In this document: one piece after another, positions 36,056 to 44,553 of the stretch
How positions within the stretch are numbered: position 1 is the stretch's first letter
How the letters are laid out: each line of letters begins with the position of its first letter
Virus record (IMG/VR): IMGVR_UViG_3300044701_000569
Span: 293,560 to 357,559 of that record
Length of the DNA stretch: 64,000 nucleotides
Strand: one strand, 5' to 3'
Program-made: the position numbers and the translations under genes
The notes under the pieces: generated by a model
Told to the model about the DNA's origin: nothing
The model's input: only the letters and a program-made list of their open reading frames with translations
Databases searched by the model: none

Positions 36056-36585
36056 TCTTTAATCTCCGACATCTGTTGGAATAACTTAGTTGCAAAGTCA
36101 AAACAAATCTTAGCTTCTTCAGCCATGCTATCGTTTAGTCTAGCACGTATTCTTTCTTTCAGTTCTTCAACTGGTTCATTGAATTGATACATCTTTCCTG
36201 AACCCGGTACTCGCTTTGCTAACATCTGTCCACCACTCAAGTCGCCCATATGTCGAACATAAATGTGTGCCATTAACTTGTCCGGATCATCCTGTATCTT
36301 AACTAGATGATCCATGTATTCTTTTACTACGGGCAGCAACGGTGGTTGCTTATTAGTATCTGTCCATAGTTCTTGATAATCTTCGTGTATTGCAGGAGCA
36401 CGTCTTACATCAAGTATACCGTGTACCATTGCAAATACTTCTAGAAGATTATACTGAGGGTGCTGATTAAAAAGGAACGTTGCATAACGTTCCTTTGATA
36501 GGTTACTAGAAAACATCTCACGGACAAATTCTTGCCGTTCAGCAGCTTTATGATGTTCCCAAGTTAGTTCTTTTAAGTTGCTCAT
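36052..36585 (-). CDS. biliverdin-producing heme oxygenase
   Basis: LKELTWEHHKAAE, AHIYVRHMGDLSGGQ, EEAKICF. Confidence 0.92.
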   Translation of the reverse strand: MSNLKELTWEHHKAAERQEFVREMFSSNLSKERYATFLFNQHPQYNLLEVFAMVHGILDVRRAPAIHEDYQELWTDTNKQPPLLPVVKEYMDHLVKIQDDPDKLMAHIYVRHMGDLSGGQMLAKRVPGSGKMYQFNEPVEELKERIRARLNDSMAEEAKICFDFATKLFQQMSEIKE

Positions 36586-36599
36586 ATTATTATATAGCG

Positions 36600-36911
36600 T
36601 TACTCTTGTTCTACTTTCACTTGAAGTGGAAATCCGTGATTCCTACTTGCAGTAATTGTTTCAGCACTCTTCTGTTCTGCTATTTCAAAAAAGTATGTAC
36701 CCACTACAGCTTTACCTTCTGTATGTATGGTCATTGTAATGTGTTCAGCACTTTTCTCAGAATGCTTGTAAATCTGTTTTAGAATTTCTACTACCCAATT
36801 CATTGGGGTAATTTCGTCATTGAACATAATAACATTAAACTTTTTAGGTTCAACTGTCTGCTTCTTAATCTTTTCGTCAATTTTAATATCGATATCTGTT
36901 GCTATACTCAT
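36600..36911 (-). CDS. clpS: N-end rule adaptor ClpS
   Basis: VIMFNDEITPMNWV, IHTEGKAVVG, FPLQVKVE. Confidence 0.92.
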   Translation of the reverse strand: MSIATDIDIKIDEKIKKQTVEPKKFNVIMFNDEITPMNWVVEILKQIYKHSEKSAEHITMTIHTEGKAVVGTYFFEIAEQKSAETITASRNHGFPLQVKVEQE

Positions 36912-36927
36912 TTTGTTCTCCTGGTAA

Positions 36928-36948
36928 GGTGGGGGGATTTCTCCCCCC
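36928..36948. terminator. GC hairpin after hsp20
   Basis: ggggga-tttc-tccccc; no clear U-tract. Confidence 0.45.
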
Positions 36949-36957
36949 TAGACTAGA

Positions 36958-37422
36958 TTACTCGCTGTCTATTGTTAATGCTTCAGCTTTTGAAGGTGCT
37001 GTAATAGCAATCTTCTTAGGCTGTAGCTCTTCTGGTACACGGCGCTTGAGATGAATGTTTAACATTCCTAGCTCAAGTGTTGCACCATCCACTTCAACGT
37101 GGTCGGCGAGAGTGAACTCTCTACGGAAATTGCGTCCGCCGATTCCCTTGTGTAGATATGTCACACTGTCATCTCCTTTTGGAGAAATCCCTTCAATACG
37201 AAGAACATTCTTGTCCTTTGTAATTTCCAAGTTATCCATAGCAAAGCCAGCCACGGCAACGCTGATAATATACTCGTCGTCGTTTAGCTGTACAATATTA
37301 TATGGAGGGTATCCACCGCTTGAATTAGCTGAGTACTGTCGTTCAATTTCGTTAAACAGTCTATCAAAACCAATTGTGGCTCTGTGGAATGAAGGTAAGT
37401 CTAGAGTTGTAAGTCTTGTCAT
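36958..37422 (-). CDS. small heat shock protein Hsp20 (IbpA-like)
   Basis: IGFDRLF, YPPYNI, AVAGF, YLHKGI..RNF.REFTLA. Confidence 0.95.
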   Translation of the reverse strand: MTRLTTLDLPSFHRATIGFDRLFNEIERQYSANSSGGYPPYNIVQLNDDEYIISVAVAGFAMDNLEITKDKNVLRIEGISPKGDDSVTYLHKGIGGRNFRREFTLADHVEVDGATLELGMLNIHLKRRVPEELQPKKIAITAPSKAEALTIDSE

Positions 37423-37476
37423 GTTTTTCTCCTTTAATAAGCAAGAACTTTATAATGAGCCCTAACGGCGCTCATT
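37423..37476 (-). ncRNA. ROSE-like RNA thermometer in the hsp20 leader
   Basis: 5' hairpin plus UUCUUGCU-uauuaa-AGGAGAA pairing the SD with a bulged G. Confidence 0.7.
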
Positions 37477-37477
37477 T

Positions 37478-38587
37478 TTATTTACCAATTGTAGATGACT
37501 CAAAAACACTGTTATGAGTTTGAGTACAGCGTACAAAGGTAGTGCATTTGCTAAGTTGCTTCAGCGTCTTAGCGCCTGCGTATGTACAGGTACTGCGCAA
37601 TCCGCCCAGTATATCCTGCACAGTATTTAGTACCGCTCCTTTGTAGGGTACTAAAACAGTACGGCCTTCTGAAGACCTGTAGTCCTTCAGTCCGCCAAAA
37701 TGTTTGTTGTTGGCACTTTCTGAACTCATACCGTAAAACTGTACAAATTTCTTTTCTTGAATTTTACGTTTACGAGCTGTTAGATGGTCTCCAACTTCGT
37801 ATTCTAATTCATTAGTTTCGTAAAACTTAGAGATAACTTCGCCCCCGCCTTCGTCGTGTCCTGCCAGCATACCACCAAGCATTACAAAGTCGGCACCGGC
37901 AGCAAATGCTTTAGCAACATCACCAGGACAAGTGCATCCACCATCAGCAATAATATGACCGCCCAGACCGTGAGCTGCGTCGGCACATTCAATAACTGCA
38001 CTAAGTTGTGGGTACCCAACGCCAGTCTGGATACGAGTAGTACAGACACTACCAGGACCAATACCAACTTTAACAATATCTGCACCTCGCAGTATTAACT
38101 CCTGTGTCATGTCACCAGTAACAACGTTGCCGGCAATAATTGTATGTAGTGGAAATTCTTTACGAATCTTTGAAACATAGTCAGCAAAGTGTTCGCTATA
38201 ACCGTTAGCAATGTCAATACAGATAAACTTAATATCAGTAAAGTGGGCGCATAAGTCAACTAACTTATCAAAGTCGGCAGCACCTGTTCCGGTAGAAATA
38301 GCAAGATGATTACCGCTAAATGGATAACCCTTACTCCAATCATTATAGTCGTAGTTTTTAACTAAACATGTAAACATTTTATGCTTTGCTAATGCATCAG
38401 CTATAGCAAATGTACCAACACCATCCATGTTAGCGGCCATAATAGGTATGCCAGTCCATGTTTGTTCACTGTGCTTGAACGTATATGTGCGCTCAAGGGT
38501 TACTTCTTTACGACTAGATAGAGTTGACCGCTTAGGACGAATTAATACGTCCTTGTAATCAAGTTTAACGTCTTGATCGATTCTCAT
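37478..38587 (-). CDS. guaC: GMP reductase
   Basis: [44 protein letters not shown]. Confidence 0.95.
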   Translation of the reverse strand: MRIDQDVKLDYKDVLIRPKRSTLSSRKEVTLERTYTFKHSEQTWTGIPIMAANMDGVGTFAIADALAKHKMFTCLVKNYDYNDWSKGYPFSGNHLAISTGTGAADFDKLVDLCAHFTDIKFICIDIANGYSEHFADYVSKIRKEFPLHTIIAGNVVTGDMTQELILRGADIVKVGIGPGSVCTTRIQTGVGYPQLSAVIECADAAHGLGGHIIADGGCTCPGDVAKAFAAGADFVMLGGMLAGHDEGGGEVISKFYETNELEYEVGDHLTARKRKIQEKKFVQFYGMSSESANNKHFGGLKDYRSSEGRTVLVPYKGAVLNTVQDILGGLRSTCTYAGAKTLKQLSKCTTFVRCTQTHNSVFESSTIGK

Positions 38588-38841
38588 TACTTCCTCTTAT
38601 TTGAGTATGGATTGGGGAAATTATCTTCATTTCTTGCCTGCTTTTTAAGCCATCTTGATCTAGCAGCAGCCTTGGCCTTCTTACGTCTTATACTGGGCTT
38701 TTCGTAAAATTCTTTTTCTCTGAGTTCTTGAAGAATTCCAGAATCTTGTACCTTCTTCTTGAATCTTCTAATGGCTCCATTAATGTCTCCATTACGGACT
38801 TCAACTACAAGTCCTCTAAACTCATCATTCACCTTCTTCAC
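38587..38841 (-). CDS. rpsU: 30S ribosomal protein bS21
   Basis: [25 protein letters not shown]. Confidence 0.92.
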   Translation of the reverse strand: MKKVNDEFRGLVVEVRNGDINGAIRRFKKKVQDSGILQELREKEFYEKPSIRRKKAKAAARSRWLKKQARNEDNFPNPYSNKRK

Positions 38842-39229
38842 TGATACCTCCTAGAGCTGATGAAAGAATACTGATGTTGTATATTCTGTTGCTACTTATA
38901 TGATTATAAACAGAGTCTACAGCATTTGTCAACCAATAAGTTTTTGGTTTGGCAATCATAAAACTGAGTAAGTCTTTTATATAAGGTGGACATTGGTCTA
39001 CGTCCACTATAACAATCTGACAAAGATTAAACACAGACAATAACCAATCTATATCGGCAGAAGCATACTGTTGCTTATCATAAAGATATACATTGATGCT
39101 TTCTTTTGTGTTTGGAAAGACTTCATTTTGTATTTGTTGTTGTAAATCTGCACTAGGAAAAATCACTAGCACACCAACAGCATCACTGAATACCTTGTCA
39201 GGCGGTGTAATTAAATTAATGTTTGTCAC
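38825..39229 (-). CDS. hypothetical protein
   Basis: 134 aa, LITPPD N-terminus. Confidence 0.75.
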   Translation of the reverse strand: MTNINLITPPDKVFSDAVGVLVIFPSADLQQQIQNEVFPNTKESINVYLYDKQQYASADIDWLLSVFNLCQIVIVDVDQCPPYIKDLLSFMIAKPKTYWLTNAVDSVYNHISSNRIYNISILSSALGGISEEGE

Positions 39230-40554
39230 TTGTCTCTACGTAGCTTATTAAAGAGTGTGTTTTCATCTTGTTCAGAATTTTGTTTGTAACCAATTTCTTC
39301 TTCCCAAGGTAATTTATCAATCTTCCCTTTTATATATAGAGTCTTGTACATCTTTAGAGTTTGATCTGGATGAGCAGCCTTCCAAGAAGTTTTAGAATTT
39401 TGAAATTCGCTATCTAATTCTTTTGCATCGTATTCTGCAGAGCGACGCAGTTCATCTTCACTCAACGTTTCGCTGTCTGACAGTTCCAAGGACTTTAAAG
39501 GTTTTTTTTTGAGCTCGGTGTCTACTGGGGATTCTTCTTGTTGTGCGACTGGAGTTTCAACTCGTGGTGGCTCTGGGTCTCTTTCAACCACTTCTCTGAC
39601 ATCTGGCTCAGCTTCTTTGGCGGGTTCTTGTGCTGTGTTGACTTGTGGGGTTTGTGTTTGAACCAACTCATTTTGTGTCTCCTTTACAGGGAATGGCCAG
39701 GGAGAAGTAGTTACTGTTGGTTCCTGTTTTAGATTAAGCTCGTATAGATCACTTGCCATTTCTTTTTCAGATTCTTCTTCCTGTCTACGTTTCTTTTCAG
39801 CCTTATGGTAGTCCCAGGTATATTGACTTGCAATTAGTAGTAGAACTGCTAATGGATCAAATACAAAGATTAAAATAACAATGACCCAACGCACTGCTTC
39901 TTCAAGCATATTTTCGTTTGCACGATCACCGTATATAAACTCAGCAATGTATTTGATTGGGCCAACTTCTGCTTCAATTTTACGAATATTTGCTGCAATA
40001 GGCGCACGTTGCTCGTTTATAGATGCTATCTCTTTTTGTGCAGCAGCGATTTCATCAACCAATCGTTTTCTGTCTGCAGCCTGACTTCTACGTATTTGCA
40101 GAGCACGTTCTGCTCCACTTTGAGCAGTTGTGCGACTCATTGTTTGGTTAACTACGTCGTCCAGTTGTTGTATTAGTTTTTGGTTAGCTTCAATAATAGT
40201 TCTTTGATTTCGAATTCTTTCGTCATAGACTACAATGCTTGCTTGTGCGTCACTGCCTACTAGTGTTTGATCAAGGTGCGCTTTTGATAAGAATCCAAAA
40301 ATGCCCATAGAAGTAATAAACATAAGAACAAACACTGCAACGGCTAGATAGGTCTTTAGCCACCATGCTGCAATGCTCCAATATCTATGTAGCCATACTG
40401 CGGTTACTAGCTTACCAACTTCTAGTGCTACGCCCATAACCACAATTGGTACTACAGCGGCAGCGAAAATGGCTGCAAGGCCAGCTACGCTGTAATATAT
40501 TGCTATCACACTAATGCTCAGTGCAGATAGAAAGGTAATTAAGGTCATGAACAT
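39226..40554 (-). CDS. membrane-anchored coiled-coil protein
   Basis: Three N-terminal TM helices, coiled coil, EVGPIKYIA, FVFDPLA TM, acidic tail. Confidence 0.8.
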   Translation of the reverse strand: MFMTLITFLSALSISVIAIYYSVAGLAAIFAAAVVPIVVMGVALEVGKLVTAVWLHRYWSIAAWWLKTYLAVAVFVLMFITSMGIFGFLSKAHLDQTLVGSDAQASIVVYDERIRNQRTIIEANQKLIQQLDDVVNQTMSRTTAQSGAERALQIRRSQAADRKRLVDEIAAAQKEIASINEQRAPIAANIRKIEAEVGPIKYIAEFIYGDRANENMLEEAVRWVIVILIFVFDPLAVLLLIASQYTWDYHKAEKKRRQEEESEKEMASDLYELNLKQEPTVTTSPWPFPVKETQNELVQTQTPQVNTAQEPAKEAEPDVREVVERDPEPPRVETPVAQQEESPVDTELKKKPLKSLELSDSETLSEDELRRSAEYDAKELDSEFQNSKTSWKAAHPDQTLKMYKTLYIKGKIDKLPWEEEIGYKQNSEQDENTLFNKLRRDK

Positions 40555-40615
40555 CTAGTGATTTCTCCTCAGTTAACTATTTAAACTCTTTTCGTATGTC
40601 ATTTATCTACGCAGT

Positions 40616-41047
40616 TTAGTTTCTTCTCATTTGGCTAATTTCTTTAGCCTGTTCATCATTAATAATTGGTACTGCATTGCTCTTGTGCATAGTAGCAATA
40701 CCCTTAATAAGAGTACCAGTATAGCGATTTGGTTCTTTCTTAGCACAAGCATGTTGTAAATCTTTAATCTCAGAATTTAAACTAGGAATACGAGGACCTG
40801 TATCTCTGCGGTATGCAGGTGTTTCTAAAAGTTTAGGAGTAGCTTCTACGGGTTTTTTGCTACGTTTTCCATTAAGATAGTCCGTAAACTCTTCTAGGGT
40901 CATTGGACTTAGACGGATGCTCTTTAAGAATTTATTATGTTCGCGCCAACGTAATTCTAATGCGGCTTGTTTGGCCTTGGTTAGTTTAGTCTTGCGTTTC
41001 TTGTAATTAGTTGTGGTAAGATATGGCCCAACCAAATGCATTGTCAT
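40616..41047 (-). CDS. conserved phage protein (HKSNAVP motif)
   Basis: KGIATMHKSNAVPI; promoter TTGACA-N16-TATAGT at 41079-41106. Confidence 0.8.
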   Translation of the reverse strand: MTMHLVGPYLTTTNYKKRKTKLTKAKQAALELRWREHNKFLKSIRLSPMTLEEFTDYLNGKRSKKPVEATPKLLETPAYRRDTGPRIPSLNSEIKDLQHACAKKEPNRYTGTLIKGIATMHKSNAVPIINDEQAKEISQMRRN

Positions 41048-41112
41048 AAAAATCTCCGCTATAGTGACACGTTGTATTACTATAGCAGAGTTTTGTAATC
41101 TGTCAAGTATGT

Positions 41113-41562
41113 TTAGTTACACCAACTAGTTTTGGCTTCACCGTAATACTCGCGAGCAAATCCATTTTCTATCAGCATTGCTCTCAAACTCTTGCCGTCC
41201 AAAAGAACATCACCTAACACACGCCCGCCGTACTTGTCCCAATCCATAAGAACAACTTGACGTTTGGTAGCCTGAGCGATCATTTTCTTTGTGAAAGCTG
41301 ATGCATTCTGTCCTCGTTGATCTTCTTGAGGACATTTAGCTCTAAATCCCTTTTCTGGAGTATCAACTCCAAAAACTCTAACTGAAAGTTCCTTTTTAAG
41401 AGGATCTGGAAGGAAGGGTGCTTCAAACGCAACTGTATCTCCGTCAATTACTCGCGTGATGTTTGCATCGTATGTTACGCCTGCTTTTTGCTTTTGCGCT
41501 AACACTGGTGTAACTAAAACTAGTGATAAAACTAGAGTTGTTAAAAACTTCATCATATACAT
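41113..41562 (-). CDS. secreted thermonuclease (SNase family)
   Basis: Signal peptide, VIDGDT, GVDTPE, DKYGGRVL. Confidence 0.92.
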   Translation of the reverse strand: MYMMKFLTTLVLSLVLVTPVLAQKQKAGVTYDANITRVIDGDTVAFEAPFLPDPLKKELSVRVFGVDTPEKGFRAKCPQEDQRGQNASAFTKKMIAQATKRQVVLMDWDKYGGRVLGDVLLDGKSLRAMLIENGFAREYYGEAKTSWCN

Positions 41563-41620
41563 ATTTCCTTATAACCTTTTTAGGTTTATCATAATGTATG
41601 TATATTTATGATATGCAGAT

Positions 41621-41647
41621 AAAAAGAAAGGCGCCCTAGAGCGCCTT
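41621..41647 (-). terminator. intrinsic terminator ending the tmRNA transcript
   Basis: AAGGCGC-tctagg-GCGCCTT then TCTTTTT. Confidence 0.75.
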
Positions 41648-41999
41648 CCTCACTGTTCTGTTGCCCGGTAAGTGAACCGCGAACCTGCTGTTTCTTAGGC
41701 AGCTAGCGCAAAGTTGTTGTCATTGACAGCAACGTTTACGAATAGTTCAGGAGTAAAGGTTTTTGTGCCGTTTACTTGATTTTGCTTCTTTTACGGAGAT
41801 CGCCTACCGTGTTGCCGTCTCTACTATCTCACCCAATCGATCCTAGTTCAGCCCCATCATAAAAGGACAATTAGCATGACAGTTACAATGACTGTAAATC
41901 CTACTAAAAATCTTACTAGATCGTCTTCCATAACTATCCTTTTATGGTGGAGCTGGCGGGAGTTGCACCCGCGTCTTGAATGCCTTCGCTTTGAAGGGA
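41648..41999 (-). ncRNA. ssrA: circularly permuted (two-piece) tmRNA
   Basis: Acceptor piece ...GCGGGTGCAACTCCCGCCAGCTCCACCA ends at 41945 and precedes the coding piece, which starts GGGGCTG at 41855. G3:U70 pair present. Tag frame ends NDNNFALAA-TAA at 41695. Outer ends approximate. Confidence 0.92.
41857..41931 (-). CDS. putative 24-aa TM peptide inside the tmRNA intervening segment
   Basis: AAGGA SD, ATG, MEDDLVRFLVGFTVIVTVMLIVLL, TGA. Confidence 0.5.
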   Translation of the reverse strand: MEDDLVRFLVGFTVIVTVMLIVLL

Positions 42000-42012
42000 T
42001 TACAACAATTTC

Positions 42013-42216
42013 TTAAACAGGCTGAATGTTACTTGCCTGTTGTCCTTTTGGACCCATTGTGATTTCAAATCTTACACTCTGTCCTTCTTGTAGGCTTTTG
42101 TAGCCACTAGAAGAAATTTGTGAAAAATGAGCAAACACATCTGCGCCGCCATTGTCTGGAGTAATGAAACCAAAACCTTTAGCTTCGTTAAACCATTTTA
42201 CTTTACCTGTTACCAT
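42013..42216 (-). CDS. cspA: cold-shock protein
   Basis: GKVKWFN, KGFGFI (RNP1), VFAHFS (RNP2). Confidence 0.96.
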   Translation of the reverse strand: MVTGKVKWFNEAKGFGFITPDNGGADVFAHFSQISSSGYKSLQEGQSVRFEITMGPKGQQASNIQPV

Positions 42217-42224
42217 TTTATTTT

Positions 42225-42285
42225 CCTATGTGTTATATATTACTAATATTTGTTCAGTTCATCTAACTCTTATATAACACACAGG
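42225..42285 (-). promoter_or_regulatory. 15-bp RBS-occluding stem in the cspA leader
   Basis: CCUGUGUGUUAUAUA pairs with UAUAUAACACAUAGG, which includes the SD AGG. Confidence 0.65.
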
Positions 42286-42379
42286 TTACTAACTAGTCTC
42301 AATTTATCTTACTAAAATTTTCGTATAGTGCATTATTGCACAGTTTGTAGATTTGTCAACCTACATTCTATTTAGCTGG

Positions 42380-42511
42380 TTAATCATATGGCTTTAAAAA
42401 ATCATCATTTTTTGAATCTTCTTCAAAATTGCTCCAATCATAGGTTGCTAACTTATAAATCCAAAAAGCATGTAATCCTATTACAAAAGTCAAAAGAAAT
42501 AGATTTGTCAT
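42380..42511 (-). CDS. small single-TM protein, 43 aa
   Basis: MTNLFLLTFVIGLHAFWIYKLATYDWSNFEEDSKNDDFLKPYD; ATGA-coupled. Confidence 0.65.
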   Translation of the reverse strand: MTNLFLLTFVIGLHAFWIYKLATYDWSNFEEDSKNDDFLKPYD

Positions 42512-42729
42512 ATTTTTTTATTCTCATATGTATAAACGAGTTTAGTTACATCATCAACCTTGACTAACCATCCGTCTTTGTTTACTATGTATACATCGCC
42601 AGGTTTGTAGAGTGCGCTTTTTCCGCCTTCTACTCCTTCTCTAGTTACACCCATAACTTCTCCAGGCCATTCGCCTTCAACTCTCCAGCTGGTCCCAGCT
42701 TGTGATATGTTATAATCTACCCACAGCAT
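42508..42729 (-). CDS. hypothetical protein
   Basis: 73-aa ORF in operon. Confidence 0.7.
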   Translation of the reverse strand: MLWVDYNISQAGTSWRVEGEWPGEVMGVTREGVEGGKSALYKPGDVYIVNKDGWLVKVDDVTKLVYTYENKKI

Positions 42730-43383
42730 TTAGACTCCACTGGCTAAAACAATCTTACAGATATGTTCTAACCGTTCAATGTGTTCAAAAGTACGCCACG
42801 GGCTTGTATCTATAGCAACAACCCCATGTCCTTTAATACCTATAATATCATGAGCTATGACACCATTCTTGTCAACACCTAATCTATCAATTGTTTCATC
42901 TGCCAGCTTTTGACTGATAGGCGGCACATCTGGTACATTTGGTGCTACCTTTGTGTAACGTCCTAGTTCTGGAAAGTCCTTTACCAGTTTGTCTAGTTCA
43001 ATGCCCTTGTGCATTGCTGCTACACAATATGTTGGATGAAAGTGCATTACTACTCTAACATCGTTGCTGTGTTGTCCCATTTCTTTTTGCAGTCCAAAAT
43101 GCAACGGAATCTCTCCGCTGGGCTTTAGATTTGCACTGATGTCAGTGTATTCCATTTCCTCCCAAGCATAATTAAACGCTGCTGAACCAACACCACTATT
43201 AATAGTTCTCCAGATTCTAATTTTCTTAAACAGCTCTGGTTGCATTGTTTGCTTACGAATGCCGCTGGGAGTGATATAGAAATGATCTCTATCATGATGT
43301 CGGATACTAACATTGCCGTCGCGGCTAGTAATCCAGTTTCTATTATAAGCCGAAACCATTGTTTCGCATATTGTTTCTAACAT
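42730..43383 (-). CDS. class II aldolase/adducin family protein
   Basis: DGNVS, ITPSG, PSGEIPLH, VMHFHP, GHGV. Confidence 0.9.
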   Translation of the reverse strand: MLETICETMVSAYNRNWITSRDGNVSIRHHDRDHFYITPSGIRKQTMQPELFKKIRIWRTINSGVGSAAFNYAWEEMEYTDISANLKPSGEIPLHFGLQKEMGQHSNDVRVVMHFHPTYCVAAMHKGIELDKLVKDFPELGRYTKVAPNVPDVPPISQKLADETIDRLGVDKNGVIAHDIIGIKGHGVVAIDTSPWRTFEHIERLEHICKIVLASGV

Positions 43384-44549
43384 TAATGTTTACCTATTAA
43401 ACTTGCTATTTCACGAGCTGTGTATGCGCTTAATGTCCATCCTAGGTGCCCGTGACCTGTGTTATACCACACACCTAGGTTTCTTGTGCTTCTAGTAACT
43501 ATGGGCATCATATTAGGAGTCATTGGCCTTAGACCTGCCCAAGGAGTAATTGATTCCATGTTTACTTCAGGAAACAGTCTCTCTGTCCATTCTTTCAAAG
43601 GCCTTATGCGGTCCTGGATAATGTCTGTGTTATATCCATTTAATTCCGCTGTTCCTGCTACCCGTAAACGTCCTTCACCTAGACGAGCAGTAACAATTTT
43701 TGCTTCATCATCTAATAAACTTACCCAGGGTGCTGGTCCTGGATCGTTAATTGTGATGCTGTATCCTTTAACAGGATAGATAGGCAAATCGTCGCCTACT
43801 CTTTTAGCAATGGCTCTGCTGCCTGCGCCTGCACAAACTACAACAGGCCCTGTTTCTAAGAACTGGTAAATGTCATAGTTTTTTATTGTCTTTTGTTTAA
43901 ATTTTACATTGTACTTCGTTTCAAGTACCTTTGATAATTCAACGCAGAACTTGTGTATGTCGCCGGTGAAGTCTTGTTCATTATAAAAACCGCCAACAAC
44001 AGTATCAATGCTGTTCTTTAGAGCAGGCTCAATTGAAAGTATTTCGTCCTTGCCTACTTCCCAACGATTCAATCCTGCTTCTTTGTAAAGTCTGTTTGTA
44101 TCTCTTGCAAACTCTAGTTCTTTTTCTGAACGATAGATATGTAGGATACCTTTTTCAACTTTATCAAATTCAATACCTTCTTCTAGTGCAATCTGTTTAT
44201 AGAGTGCGTGTGCCTCTATAGCCATCTCACAGGTCTTTCTAGTATTGTTTTCTCTATTTTTGATGTGTGTTAAAAACTGAGCAAGCCAGCGATACTTCTC
44301 TAGGCTAGGCTTAGGATTAATCAGTAGTGGTGCATCTTTCTTAAAGAGCCACTTAACACCCTTGTGTACGCTGCGCCAACTATTCCAAACTTCAGCATTA
44401 CTTGCACTGAGCTGTCCGCCATTAGCAAAAGAGGTAGCCATTGCTGGATACCTCTTTTCGTCAACGACAGTAACTTGGCAACGTGACTTTGCCAAATAGT
44501 AAGCGGTGGTGATGCCTGTGATTCCGGCGCCGATTACTGTTACTTGCAT
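43383..44549 (-). CDS. dadA: D-amino acid dehydrogenase
   Basis: GAGITG, TSFANGGQL, YPVKGYS, WAGLRPMTP, TGHGHLGWT; start at ATG 44549. Confidence 0.92.
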   Translation of the reverse strand: MQVTVIGAGITGITTAYYLAKSRCQVTVVDEKRYPAMATSFANGGQLSASNAEVWNSWRSVHKGVKWLFKKDAPLLINPKPSLEKYRWLAQFLTHIKNRENNTRKTCEMAIEAHALYKQIALEEGIEFDKVEKGILHIYRSEKELEFARDTNRLYKEAGLNRWEVGKDEILSIEPALKNSIDTVVGGFYNEQDFTGDIHKFCVELSKVLETKYNVKFKQKTIKNYDIYQFLETGPVVVCAGAGSRAIAKRVGDDLPIYPVKGYSITINDPGPAPWVSLLDDEAKIVTARLGEGRLRVAGTAELNGYNTDIIQDRIRPLKEWTERLFPEVNMESITPWAGLRPMTPNMMPIVTRSTRNLGVWYNTGHGHLGWTLSAYTAREIASLIGKH

Positions 44550-44553
44550 TAAT

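Noticed and set aside
41945-41975. Stand-alone tRNA-Ala
   Set aside because: No anticodon arm or 5' half upstream; the 5' half lies downstream with a tag ORF, so it is a permuted tmRNA.
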